Below the pieces are notes generated by a model. That model was not told the origin of the DNA. It made no database searches and was given only the letters and a program-made list of their open reading frames with translations. From positions 120,528,001 through 120,592,000 of the forward strand of contig OX597814.1 of NCBI GenBank assembly GCA_951406725.2: DNA of 64,000 nt, given 5' to 3'. Position 1 is the stretch's first letter. Each line of letters begins with the position of its first letter. Positions 25,726 to 39,171 of this stretch are shown here, in pieces. The position numbers and the translations under genes are program-made. The DNA comes from Octopus vulgaris (lineage: Eukaryota).

Positions 25726-26830
25726 TTAGTTTGGCAACTAAGTTCCCGCCGCTCTTTAAAATTTAAATTTGTAAAATTTAACAACAAATTAATCAATAAT
25801 GTATTCACCCTGGTTGTTTATACCTTCACAACGTTCAACGAAACCCCGCGCATAGCATTTGAAAGACGGTGGAAATCCGTTGGTGCCAAATCAGGAGAGT
25901 ACGGCGGGTACAGCAGCACTTTCCAGCCATGTGTTTGAATGGCTTCCTTAGTAATATTGGCGATATGAGTGTGGCGGGCATTGTCGTGCAGCAGAAGAAA
26001 TCCACGCAGCCGATTAGGTATTTTCTCTTGAATAGCTGTGTCGAGTCGTTCCATCTGTTTGGTTTCGTTCAAGCAATTCGTAATGGATACTCCCTTCCCA
26101 GTTCCACCATATGCACGACGTTATTTTATGCGTATGAAGATCTTATTTCACGTGCGGTGTCGCTTGTTTACTGGGGCTAAGCCATTCCTTACGCTGCTTT
26201 ATATTGATGTACATACACCATATTTCGTCGCCAGTAACCATTTGGTGAAGAAATAGCTGCTTGTGACTATCAGTTGAGCGGTGATGAGCAAGCAAACCAG
26301 CGGAGATTGTGGCTCATTGATTATTGTTGTTGTTACATAAAGCATGCGGAATCCATGCTACATACCTCTAAACATTTCCCATCGAGTGAATATGCTTCTC
26401 TATAGCAGTGTGGGAGCATTCCATTTTCTCTGCCAGATGTCTTGTTGTTTGACGAGAATTCTCGTGCAAAATTTGGTTTAATCGCTCTTCATCGAACTCA
26501 ACTGGACGGCCAGAACAGGTTGCATCTTTGAGGTCAAAATTTCCATTTTTGAACAAAGGCATACCAATCACGATCGGTTCTTTAATTTCTCCATACACAG
26601 CACAAATGTCGCGAGCAGCTTTTTTGACCTTAGAACCTTCAGTAAAAGCGAAAATAAGGATGTGTCGAAAATGCTCGTTTTTCTTAACTTGACATTCCAT
26701 TTTAATGATGATCTGAAAATAAACAAAAATTAACTTAAGGTAACTAGAATAAAAAGTAGATTCCAAAATTTCAAAAATGCAATAAATTCCAAAATTTAAA
26801 AAAATGGCGGGAACTTAGTTGCCAACCCAA
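25726..26830 (-). mobile_element. mariner transposon (mellifera-like TIRs), defective
   Basis: TIRs TT(A/G)G(T/G)TTGGCAACTAAGTTCCCGCC with TA flanks. Broken transposase from ATG at 26700 (MECQVKKNEHFRH) with WIPHA, VTGDE, HDNAR and YPPYSPDLAPTDFH motifs. Confidence 0.92.
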
Positions 26831-28332
26831 TATTACAGTAAAATCTACCTCTAACAATAAATTCACAGTAAAATTTGCTTGAGTTATTGCCTAAGTTATT
26901 GCCAAGTCTTCACATTTTTAGTCTTGACTGATACTTCTCGCTCTCATTTTAAAGTATTCTAGATTGTCAATATTTTAACAAAATAATGGTAATTTATTTA
27001 ATTATAATGTTACTTTGTAAATTAAAATCAAATAATTTTTAATATTCAAATTTTATCCTTAGCTGCAATATTATATGTTTTTTTTGTTCTGTACTTTACC
27101 AGATGTAATAAGTAGTCCTCAACTTTTCCAAGTGTAATGACTTGTCCTGTAATTATCCAGGTTCATAACCTCAAAAATATTATTTCTCTTGCTGAAGTTT
27201 TTCTATGTAATCCATATTTTTCCAGTCTATGCACTTATGCTAATTAATAATGTGTCACATGTGTCAATTAGCGGTGTGTTTGATAATTTTTTCCTTACCT
27301 GAATAACGCCGGTGAAATATATTAAACTTTCCCTTATATATTCAAAAAAGTATAGAACTATATTATCACCTTCAAATTTTAGAAGCAAATGCATTGATAC
27401 CATGAAATTACTCGAATTGTGCTCTATCGTTTAAGCTTAATTAAAATATAGTTTGTTTTTAAATACAAAAAAGTTAACTATACTCAAACCCAATTGTGTG
27501 CCTTATACTTTTTTTCATATTTTATCTCACAACATTTTTGATACAACTGTTTGTTGCATAGGAACAAAAGTATGAAATTATTCATGCTTTCTTCTATCAT
27601 TGATCTTAAGATAAATATATTTTACTTTTAAAACAAAAAAAATGTTATTTAGATCTAAATTTGATTGGTGGCTTTACTCTCCTAGAAGAGAATTTGATGT
27701 AAACTTTTTTTTCTTCTGGATCAAATCTCAGTATTGTTATACACAAAATGTATCTAGGGGCCAGTCCTCTTCGAAACTGTTAACAGTTTTCAGTTTGGTT
27801 AAGAACTGAATTAGCGACAAGCTCTGAAAGATACTGCGTGTGAGTAACTTGCGGCCTTAAGAATATTATTCAACTACTACCATAGTTGAATGATGAAAGG
27901 CAATTGTAAATATTTAAATGGCTTCCGAATTTTGCCAAACATTTCATTGTAAATTTACAATTAAAATTTAATAAGATTAATTTACAAATAATTATATAAT
28001 ACATTCCTTCAAAGCAAATATCACATGTAGAATTGTCAATATTGTACGATGATGCGTAACTAATAATGAACCACTTTAAATCATACTTAATGTTCCCCTC
28101 CTTTAAATCCGAAAAGCAGTAACTAAAATTTGTAGAATTACCGGTTTTTCTATACTTAAATGAATGCGATGTTTATGAAATCTAGATGAACCTATGTAAT
28201 AATACGTATGGTCTCTTACACTGTATTTTTCCTGAATATATACAGTATATTTTCCCTAAACGTTGATTTTCTAAAGGACATACACTTTTATTTTTACAGT
28301 AATACAAACTTTTATTCACTTGTATTTGATAC

Positions 28333-28450
28333 TCATCTACCATATGTCACAGATCGTGCACCATCAAATTACCATTTATTTGAATGTTAGTAAACTTTTT
28401 TGAATGGCAATAATATCATAATGATGATGACCTGGAATCGTACCTGTGGA
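28333..28450 (+). mobile_element. mariner transposase C-terminal remnant
   Basis: HLPYVTDRAPSNYHLF...FLNG resembles HPPYSPDLAPSDYHLF...FLNG. Confidence 0.65.
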
Positions 28451-28924
28451 TGGACAGATAGGACAATATATTCCTAATGGGATGCAATAAATTGGAACAT
28501 TTCCCTAGTTTTTATTGAATTCGGACGGTAAAGTTTCTGACAAGGGAATGTATATTAATACTTGTAATTATATTGAGATCATATATATGTATTGCCAGTG
28601 ACATAATTTATATAATCACATATCTTTTGAAACCAAGTATTACTGGCCGACTATGTGAACAGAGGGTAAAAATATTCACTTGTACACTCATGTCCAGTAG
28701 TTATGCACTTGTAATGTGCTATAATAGAAACGTTAGGTTTCACTTCATTCTACAGAGACATATAAAATCTCATGGGATATAACTGAAATTATTAGGAAAG
28801 ATTAACACAAAGTTTACGTGAACTATCTATCTATCTGTCTGTCTGCTTGTCTATCTATCTATGTGTCTATGTATGTGTCTGTTTGTCTATCAATCTATAT
28901 TAATGGATAAAGAAAGCGAGACAT

Positions 28925-29052
28925 ACAGAGATAGATAGATAAACAGATAGACACATATATAGATAGGTAGGTAGGTAGATAGATAGATAAACAGATAGAT
29001 AAATTTATAGATAGATATATAGATACATAGATACATAGATAGATAGACAGAC

Positions 29053-29137
<85 letters not shown>

Positions 29138-29152
29138 TATAGATAGATAGAT
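28925..29152. repeat. (GATA)n microsatellite
   Basis: Directly visible. Confidence 0.95.
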
Positions 29153-30194
29153 AATATGACCGACGGACTTCGTTAGTGTTTTACAACCTTCATTCTTTGT
29201 ATATAATTTCCATTAGGATTATATAGAACAACTGAGATGTGGTAATCGATATCACATGAGGATTGCGATATTTTAAAGTCATCTAGATGTTTTGAAAATA
29301 GTACATTGGTGAGAGGGCGAAAAATTATCCTGACATTACCGGAAATACTCAGCTTTCACCCACTCACACACACATATTTTGATGTCTATTGTCCTGTGAG
29401 AATGCCTTATTATTGTAGCTGTCAAAATCGAACTATTTCAGTTTTTCTTTAAACTCTTTTGTCATTTTCATATTTAGAAATATGAGGATCATGCGGAACA
29501 TTGCAAGACGGAAATAGAAATACTTTTTTTCTCATATTAATGTTACATATATTTTCAACATGTCGCTCGTGAACAAACCTATGAGGAATTAATGATTCAG
29601 ACACCTCATCTGCTTGACCGAAATGTGTTACTATTACATTACTGCACTGGATTTGACGACATAAATGTAAATCAGGGATATTAGATGCACCCCAAATTCA
29701 GACTCGCTTATGTATGAGATGACGTCATTTCTTGCTTTAAAGCGTAATATGTAACTCTTACCTGTCATATAGGACCCCGTGTAATTTTTATTCATTTTCT
29801 TGGAAATAAAATTGTATTATATGTCATCAAACACGGTAAATGAATTTAATAAACTAACTAGAAATGTTTTTATAATGAGGAACAATTTCCATTATTTCAG
29901 CAATTTCTGGAAAATTTCTCAGAATACATACGGTTGTACTTGAGACAAAAACATATCCGTATCCATGCGCCTCATTTGTCACGACAAAAATCGAAGGAAA
30001 AGAAAATAGAGTATAATACTTGTCTTTCCCTCATATCGTTTTTTTTTCGCTACATAATTGCTTTCAATTTGGTAACACTGATTTATCATTTATATTTTAC
30101 AGTTCAAATGTTTCTATCATTTGAATGCAGTCATGTTGGGTGACTGTATTGAGGAAATTTTTTTGGAATGAAACTTTCACATTACTTATATTTT

Positions 30195-30465
30195 AAGCCT
30201 TGTAATTACTCTATCAGTATCTTTTGCTAAGACGCTAAATTACGCGCTCTTAACACACCAACACTGGTTATCAAGCGTTGGTAGGGCGCAAACATAGACG
30301 AAAAGGCAAACACACATACACATGTATGTACGACCTGTTTCTTTTAGTCTCCCCCTACCAAATCCACTCACTACGCTTTTATCTGCCCAAGGTTATAATA
30401 ATAATACATATGCACGGTGTCACACAGTAGGACGGAACCCAGAATCTTGTGGTTACGAAGCAAGC
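30195..30465 (-). mobile_element. SINE family B, diverged
   Basis: Collinear matches to both halves of family B (taccaaatccactcac; tcttttgctaagacgctaa). Confidence 0.6.
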
Positions 30466-31921
30466 ATAGTATTGCTTGTTTTCTCTTCTTTTAGTTTCGA
30501 TGGAGTTGAATATATTTCTAGTGTTTCTTTCTATGACATTGTTATTTTCACAGAGATATTAAAACAATGAGTGGTTGACGTGGACGTCTTTCATAGCTAA
30601 ATGATTGATGACGACGGCTACTTTTAAATAACACTTGAATTGATATTCGTGTTATTCCTCATTCCCTTTTTTATCCATAAATTGCTGACAATACTCCAGC
30701 TGGCCACTGGTAATATTATAGTGAAGTTGAATAGTAACGTATACATGACTGAGTTAATGGCTTTCTGTTGTTATATAACATTGACTATAGTTCGTGAGAG
30801 GATTCTCGAGACCATATTACTAACCGTTCGTAAGATCGAAATTAACTTCAAAAGTAATGAATTCTAAACGCCGCAAGGATATCGATGAGCTGGTCATATC
30901 GAACAAAAGGTTTCACTATTAAAAGTTAGTGAAGACAAGAGTTTCCTACATACTAAGATTTTTCTACGAAGACAGAATGTCTGGAAAAGTTTTGAATTAT
31001 TTCTCATATAAAACTGTTTAGAGATGCTTGCAGTCTATATTTGAACACATGGTAATTGCGGTTAGTTGTTGCTGTTTCAGTCATAATTTTTTGACGGAGC
31101 AAGATGTCATTAAAATGGAAGGGCAAGCTACATTACACAGTGTAGTGGCTATGGCGAAGAGGGTTATGTTATGGGCAAGACCGAAATGATTAAGGACAGA
31201 CACTTTTCTCTTCATCCAAGGCTTCGTTAGCTTTTTCAAATGAATGAGAGTGAGGTAGAAATGGAATTATTAGACGACAAAGTGTAGGGAGCTGAACAAC
31301 AGTGCTTCAAGAATGTACTTTAGGTGGTTAAAGCGATCTTGGAAGTTCCTTTATTTGTTTTAGTTTGAAGAAGATTACGCCATCCGTGTATTTACAAACA
31401 ATAAATCTTATAGTAGCAATTGTCGTCAACATTGTTGTCCACGATATCGTTATGGCTAACTTTACTTTTCTTACTGTAATTATTTTCCGCATCATTGATA
31501 TAGTTATTAATGTTTTTTCTCATTTCTGATACCATTCCTTCAGTTTTTTGTTAGATTTCTTTCAATGCTTTAATCGAATTTCGTATTACTGTGCGCATGC
31601 ATTTTTCTTCGCGGTATCTCTTATCTTACGATGCAGAATGTTTATACAATATAAATGTACTTTCAAGGAGAAATGCTTTACAGTACATTTTCTGACTATC
31701 TATATACTGATTTCAAATCCCATCTGCCTAGCAAAGGAAACGGGAAAGAACTAGTATTAATAGTAGCCGAATTTCCAGTGATCCAGTTGGTGGCAGGGGC
31801 TATTAAGGGAACTCTCAAGTTGTACAGACAATTCTAGAGAAGGTTCACATGCAAATACTAAATGTACACACACACACACACACATATATATAAATGACCT
31901 CTATTGCGTTTTTGTTCCATT

Positions 31922-31953
<32 letters not shown>

Positions 31954-32074
31954 TTTATTAATATTTATTAGAAAAGATGCAAAGACAAAAACCGGTTACT
32001 CAGAGTTTCACGTCCCGGTCCTCGGACAGTATTTACGCAACCAAAACTGTCCAACTAATGGAAATGTGAAACTG

Positions 32075-32165
32075 GTCAAGTGTCTTCTGCTATAGCCTCG
32101 GGCCGACCAAAGCCTTGTGAGTGGATTCGGTAGACGGAAACTTAACGAAGCTCATCGAATATATG

Positions 32166-32206
<41 letters not shown>

Positions 32207-32430
32207 GTGCGTGTGTTTGCGTGTCTGTGTTTGTCCCTCCTCCTCAACATCGCTTGACATCCGACGCTGGTGTGTGTACGTCGCCGTAACTTAGCGGTTC
32301 GTCAAAAAGAGAACGATAGAATAAGTACTAGGCTCACAAAGAATAAGTCCTCGGGTCGATTTGCTCGATTAAAAGATCGTACTCTAGCAAAGCGCAGTCC
32401 AATAACTGAAACAATTAAATGAATAAAAGA
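32075..32430 (+). mobile_element. SINE family B with internal (TA)/(GT) microsatellite, head truncated
   Basis: aagtgtcttctgctatagcctcgggccgaccaaagccttgtgagtggat...[microsatellite]...gtaacttagcggttcg...gaataagtactaggc. Confidence 0.85.
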
Positions 32431-32603
32431 ATAAGGCGCTTAGCTTTTGCTACAGAGACCAAAGGCCAACGGGTTTAGTATATGAAAAAAGGCTATAAAG
32501 CACTTAGTTTTATAGACGTGAAACACCCGGGTAACCCCATAAACAAGCCATATCTATCTTCATCTCTCTCTGTCTCTGTCTTTGTATATATGAATGCATA
32601 TAC

Positions 32604-32672
<69 letters not shown>

Positions 32673-32827
32673 CGTATATATATATATATATATATATATA
32701 TGAATTAGAGAGTGGAAGACTGGTAAAGAGGGAATACTTAAGTGTTAGAGTATATATTTTGACATGTAATCTTCAGTTTTAATGCTGTCTCTGTGTTTGT
32801 GTTTGCGTCTTTGTGTGTGTGTATGTA

Positions 32828-32858
<31 letters not shown>

Positions 32859-33679
32859 GTGTATGTGTGTTTGAGGATTCGTCTAATTTGATTTTCGATC
32901 ACATACGCATATATTTTCTACACGATGTAGAATACAAATATTTAATTGCTCTATGCGTAAAACACATTACGTGACTAAGAGATATTGCTGCTGCCCTGTG
33001 ATCCATATTTTTACAACGTATTAATGGATATTTGATAAGGAGCTATCCAGATATAGGCTGATTTTCATATGTCTGCACGGAAATTGCATTTCGCAAGATT
33101 TGTGCAACATAGCAATTTCATGTTGTTTAGCCTGATGCTTTGATTTAGCGTTAAACAGGCGCAGTGATTAGACATGTTAAATGTATACTTAATGAAAGCA
33201 GTTTCTGTAAAGAAAGGAAATGGGGTAATTGACGACATGCGACTGGGTTTGATCTGCACGAATGTATTAGTATCATGATGATGATGATGATGAGGATGAT
33301 GATGTGTGTTTTCCCTCAGTTATTGAATTTGCAATGTGCTGCATTGCTAATATTAATACTGAAAAACCATGTTGACAAATGTGAAATATCCGAAACATAG
33401 GAAGCTACTAGTGTCCATCTAATGTTGTACATTGCTGACGTACAAGATTTATAGATATACGCATATATGTGTGTCTATGCGTATATATATGGGTGTGGTG
33501 GGACTGAGGATGGGTGAGTGTGTGCATGTGTGTACGCGTGTAATTTTATCATAAATATATGAGCCTTTGGATTAACAGTGTCATTAATAGTTTATCATGG
33601 AAACCAAACAAACTATTATACATGTTGATTTCATGAAACTATTAACAAAGTTTTGACGGCCATATACATATATACTGAA

Positions 33680-33910
33680 GGCGGCGAGCTGGTAGAACAG
33701 TTAGCACGCCAGGCGAAATGCATAGCCGTATTTCGTCTGCCGTTACGTTCTGAGTTCAAATTCCGCCGAGGTCGACTTTGCCTTTCATCATTTCGGTGTC
33801 GATAAATTAAGTACCAGTTACGCCCTGGGGTCTATGTAATTGACTTAATGCATTTGTCTGTCCTTGTTTATCCCCTCTATGTTTAGCCCCTTGTGGGTAA
33901 TAAAGAAACA
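33680..33910 (+). mobile_element. SINE family A, near full length
   Basis: tRNA-like head with B-box GAGTTCAAATTCC, followed by gtcgactttgcctttcatcatttcggtgtcgataaattaagtaccag, which resembles the conserved central domain of Meta-type SINEs (recalled, not searched). Confidence 0.85.
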
Positions 33911-35076
33911 CTCATACATATATACATACACACACACGCACATACGCGCATATACATACATACATACATACATACCCATATAAATGCATGAAAGTGCTTA
34001 TAAATATAATAATATAGAGCGAACATGAATATATCAGGGCAGTGAATGGCACACATTTAAACAGCAGAGACACATGGTGGTATATTAAATAACAAACAAT
34101 AAAAAATATTGATTTATTGTAATTATCTCATCTTCCAGCAAAATGTTGGAAAATCGTTTCGTTTAATTCGAAACCAACACGGAATAGGGACAAAAAATAT
34201 ATTTTTGAAGAATTCTTCGTAATTGAGATGCCATTACGTAAAAGCCACTTTGAAGGTGTTAAAATAGAGAAACTTTAAGAGAAGACTTTTAGTAGTATTT
34301 CTATTTGAATCAAATGCATATAACTTTTGTTTAAAATATGTTGTAAATTAATATAGTTAATTGATTCTAATAACTAAATGTCTTGTAACTGCAAATTTTA
34401 ATATCAGCAATCATATTTAGAAGTTGTCAAGCAATAATGTGGAAAGAAATACATTGCACGACTATTAGTTGGTATGATAAGCAAGGGATACGTAAAGATG
34501 TGTAATTTAATTTACTAAAGCAGTTTGTTGTCGTTACTCTTCATAGCTAGGTTGCAAATTTCTCTATTGAAATTAAGTATTTTATAATATTTTATCATGA
34601 TTTCATATCTGATTTTGCCATTTTGAAAGAATCCTTCTTAGAAAAGACTGCGTCGTTTCTTTTCACAAATCTAAAAGTCAACAATCTCAAATTCTTAGTT
34701 AATATCAACCAAAAAATGTCATATGCAATGTTAAATTGTAAAAAGAGAGAAAGAAAGCAAATTGTGGAATCTTTACTGTTAAGCGAACTCTATTTAAAAA
34801 TAAAGTAAGATAACCACGAAAATCATGAATAGTTTGTACTGAAAATATTGAATACTTCTTAAATATATGAAATATCCACAGCTTCTTCTAATTTCTACAA
34901 TAATATTCCCAGAATAATGAAATATAACATATATATATGAGTGGCTGTATGGTAAGCAGCTTGCTTACCAATCACATGGCTCCGGGATCATTCCCACTGC
35001 GTGGCACATTGGGTAAGTGTCTTCTACTATAGCCTTGTGAGTGGATTTGGTAGACGGACACTGAAAGAAGACCGTC

Positions 35077-35118
<42 letters not shown>

Positions 35119-35337
35119 TCAATATAGGGTGGTAAAAAATTTCGTAGAATTTTTTTGCCACCAGCGGCCTAGTGGGAAAAAATTAAATAGTCATAGACCA
35201 TTTATAAATTCAACAGCAAAATCAAGGAACGGCCATAATAGGCCATTCACCCACTAGAAATAACAGCCAAAGCTTCAACCGCAAAACAACATTAATTCCG
35301 CAAACCAGGAGAAAATTAAAAAAACATTTACCCTGTA

Positions 35338-35443
35338 GTTCCTTATACGATGCACCGTTTCATCTATTGTTTAATGGTAAACTAACCTGATTAAATTAAA
35401 TCAAGCTAGTCTTCCATAGGCCGATAGATTCGTCAGTAAGAAC
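35338..35443 (-). ncRNA. Complete type I hammerhead ribozyme
   Basis: Minus strand reads TTCTTA CTGACGA ATCTAT...ATAGAT GAAA CGGTGCATCG TA TAAGGA. All core residues are present, stems I-III pair, and the triplet is GUA. Confidence 0.85.
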
Positions 35444-35975
35444 AGCCAGATCGGAGCAGATATTTACACGAGGCACTTCTATCACTGTCTCGGCAATATC
35501 TGACCTAAAATTTTCAAATCATCGCACTCGCGCCAAATTTATCGGCAGCAAATATAAGTAGCCGATTCCAATAGATGAAACGGTGCATCGTATAAGGAAC
35601 TACAGGGTAAATGTTTTTTTAATTTTCTCCTGGTTTGCGGAATTAATGTTGTTTTGCGGTTGAAGCTTTGGCTGTTATTTCTAGTGGGTGAATGGCCTGT
35701 TATGGCCGTTCCTTGATTTTGCTGTTGAATTTATAAATGGTCTATGACTATTTAATTTTTCCCACTAGGCCGCTGGTGGCAAAAAAATTCTACGAAATTT
35801 TTGCCACCCTATATTGATTAATTATGAATTTTCTGGTTAATTCCGTAATGGAATCGGCGGCTTATATTTGCTGCCGATAAATTTGGCGCGAGTGCGATGA
35901 TTTGAAAATTTTAGGTCAGATATTGCCGAGACAGTGATAGAAGTGCCTCGTGTAAATATCTGCTCCGATCTGGCT

Positions 35976-36081
35976 GTTCTTACTGACGAATCTATCGGCC
36001 TATGGAAGACTAGCTTGATTTAATTTAATCAGGTTAGTTTACCATTAAACAATAGACGAAACGGTGCATCGTATAAGGAAC
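35976..36081 (+). ncRNA. Complete type I hammerhead ribozyme
   Basis: CTGACGA 35983-35989, 68-nt stem II domain, GAAA 36058-36061, stem III ACGG-TGCA-TCGT, cleavage predicted after 36073. A-C mismatch at the base of stem II in this copy. Confidence 0.8.
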
Positions 36082-36223
36082 TACAGGGTAAATGTTTTTT
36101 TAATTTTCTCCTGGTTTGCGGAATTAATGTTGTTTTGCGGTTGAAGCTTTGGCTGTTATTTCTAGTGGGTGAATGGCCTATTATGGCCGTTCCTTGATTT
36201 TGCTATATATATATATATATACA

Positions 36224-37514
36224 CGAGGGGCGTTCAATAAGTAATGCCCCTGACCCACTTCCCATAGCAGTAGAGTAACGAAACTTAGCATAGTTATTAG
36301 TCTTTTTCTACATAGGAACCACCCAGAGTTACGCATTTCTCCAATCGTTTGATGCGGCTCTGGAGACCGTTTTTGTAGAAGAACCCAGCTTGGTCCTCCA
36401 ACCTCAACGTGACTTCAGAAATCAAGGCTGCATCATCTGGGAAACGCTTTCCTTTCAAAAACAACTTCATGATTGGGAAGAGGTGAAAATCAGAGGGTGC
36501 AAGGTCAGGAAAGTAGGGGGGATGGGGAGGAGTTCATAGCCATACGCCTGTGCTTCTGATCTGGCGACAAGCGAGTTGTGGACCGGAGCGTTGTCCTGCA
36601 GGAGGAGGATGCCTTTGCTGATCTTGCCCCGCCTCTTGATTTTGATAACTTCTCTTAATTTCCTCAGAAGCGAAGCATAGTAGGCTCCTGCAATTGTAGT
36701 ACCCTTTGCCAGGAAATCTGTCATCACTACTCCGTCCTGGTCCCAGAAGACTGTGAGCATGACCTTGCCAGCGGAAGGCTGCACCCTTGCCTTCTTTGGA
36801 GGGGGTGAGTCACGGTGCTTCCACTGCATTGACTGGGATTTGGTCTCTAGATCATCGTGATGGACCCAGGTTTCATCCTGTGTAATCAGTCTTTTGAAAA
36901 ATTTTGACTCATCTTCTTGGCACATCTCCAAATTCACCCTCGAGCACTCGACGCGTTCTTGCTTCTGGAAAGGCGTGAGCAACCTGGGATTCCATCTGGC
37001 AGACACCTTTTGCATATGCAAATGGTCATGAATGATAGTTTCCACAGACCCGGTACTAATCTTGACCTCATGGGCTATTTGGCAAATAATTATGCGTCGA
37101 TCTTCTAAAATGGCAGCCTCAACTTGACGGACAGATGCCTCATCAATGGCAGAAGGGGGCGACCAGATCTGGGAGCTGTTTCCACAGAGTTTCGACCATG
37201 TTTGAATTCACGATGCCAGCGTTTTACAAGGCCATATGACGGGGCATCATCACCATAAGTTACTTTCATTTCATCAAAAGTCTCCCGTGGTGTGCGTCCT
37301 TTCAAATACAAAAACCGGATCACTGCTCGACACTCAACAGGCTCCATTTCACACTTGACTCGGTTCAAACACCTGTAAATCAGAAACCACAATTAATTCA
37401 GAGCTGTAATTTGCCACTTACTTTATAGAGATATAAATGATTGCACATACAAAATTTCAGCTAGATCAAACAACTGCAAGTGGGTCAGAGGCATTACTTA
37501 TTGAACGTCCCTCG
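36224..37514 (-). mobile_element. Full-length mariner (irritans-like), transposase frameshifted
   Basis: 37-bp TIRs CGAGGG(G/A)CGTTCAATAAGTAATGCC(C/T)CTGACCCACTT; 1291 bp. Transposase about 37347-36297 with WNPRLL, TQDETWVH, QDNAPVH and PDLAPSDFHLF; at least two frameshifts. Confidence 0.95.
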
Positions 37515-37718
37515 TAGATATATATATATATATGTTTGTTTGTGTGTCTGTGTTTGTCCCCCCAATATTGCTTGACAACCGATGGTGGTGTGTTTATGTC
37601 CCTGTAACTTAGCGGTTCGGCAAAAGAGACCGATAGAATAAGTACTAGGCTTACAAAGAATAAGTCCTGGGGTCGATTTGGTCGACTAAAGGCGGTGCTG
37701 CAGAGAAAGAGAAAGAGA

Positions 37719-37766
<48 letters not shown>

Positions 37767-38934
37767 TGAAGAATCCCCCGCAAAGCAAATTGTGACAGAA
37801 AGAGAACCGATAAATGTTCATAATGCATGTTGGAATACTGCTGTTGCTACTCTAATAGCATGTATTTCCTTTACCTTACTTAGGTAAGGTTTACATTCAA
37901 AAGATAAACGAGATAAAATCCATAACAAAATGCAATCAAAATACAACACAACTTCTAATTTCGCACTTAACATCTCATTAATTTTTCCGAAATAATTCTT
38001 TTGTAAAAACACTCTGAAAACGTATTTACAGTACACATCTCGAAACAACATTTCTTAAATGAAAAATATAGTTCGCGATAGCATCCTTGCAAGTAGTAAG
38101 CAAAAAAAAAAAATGCATAAACTTGCTTCACCTCTAATCCAATGTACTTCCCACTTACTGACATGCAATTATGCTTCGGGAACAAGGTAGAAGCAATCAC
38201 ATCTATTTATCAGATTTTATTGGGATTTGTAAATAAAACAGATTGCACTAAGACGGATTATACTTTCCTTAAGAAGGAATTACATTCGAAAAATTTCGCT
38301 TCGGCGAAATACCATGCCTCAGCAGACGTTTGGAACGAAATTTGACACTCTTGCATATTTCAAACGATAACATATCTTGAAATCATCTGTGTACCCAGAT
38401 AAATACACTTAAGCCATACCCTACTCGATTTACCTCCTTAGATAAATGACCATATGTTTACTAAGTGTACACACACACTTAATGATGCCCGCTATCCATG
38501 TTATGATATCCATACATATACGCGCAATAAAATCTAATGATTTATAATTTGCGCAAAAATGTAAGTTTGCTTTCACATGTCTTAGCATTGGATTTAGATT
38601 TATAAGTGTATAATTATATATGTAATTTAAATGACACCACTGTTTTAGCGTACAGTACTATTTGCTTCATAGAATACATTTGTCCATTTTTCCTTATGTA
38701 TGCATGTGTTTTGGCAGAGCTATCAATATAGGCTTCGAGTTGCATTTGTAAATCTGCTTGTATTTCCATATTCGCCAATTTCGAAATCGTCTTTTAATCA
38801 TAAGCGTTTGTCAACTCAAGCTTCCAAATAAAGTGCAAGATTGCATATGTTCATGCACATGTGTGGATGTATATTATAGTTTGTATGTATGAACATATCT
38901 ATCAATATATATTTATGCGGTTGTATGAATGTAG

Positions 38935-38969
<35 letters not shown>

Positions 38970-38973
<4 letters not shown>

Positions 38974-39150
38974 TAATCCAAACATGAAAGCACAAAAAAA
39001 TACAACAACTCGAGGACGTGGAACAAATTTAGTATTATTGGACACTCAGGAAAGAAGGAGGTTTTAATATTTCGAGCGGAGCTCTTCGTCGGAAACATAG
39101 GAGAAGGAAAGATTCAGAGAAAGGACGACAGAGGAAAAAGAATCGCTAGT
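38970..39150 (-). mobile_element. PLE terminal-repeat-like fragment with minimal HHR
   Basis: Homologous to 47262-47480. Minus strand reads GTTT CCGACGA A GAGC-TCC-GCTC GAAA TA TT AAAAC at 39061-39096; 3' end abuts (TA)n. Confidence 0.65.
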
Positions 39151-39171
39151 GTGTGTGTATCTATCTATCTA

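Larger units (their letters stand above)
35113..36204. mobile_element. ORF-less HHR-containing 481-nt unit in inverted plus tandem arrangement (retrozyme-like or non-autonomous PLE)
   Basis: 35113-35569 is the reverse complement of the unit. 35570-36204 holds about 1.3 direct copies (period 481). Copies differ at only a handful of positions; (TA)n on both sides. Confidence 0.85.
34939..37703 (+). mobile_element. SINE family B split by nested insertions (head 34939-35078, tail 37530-37703)
   Basis: The two halves match the uninterrupted copies at 32075-32430 and 59965-60392. Confidence 0.85.
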
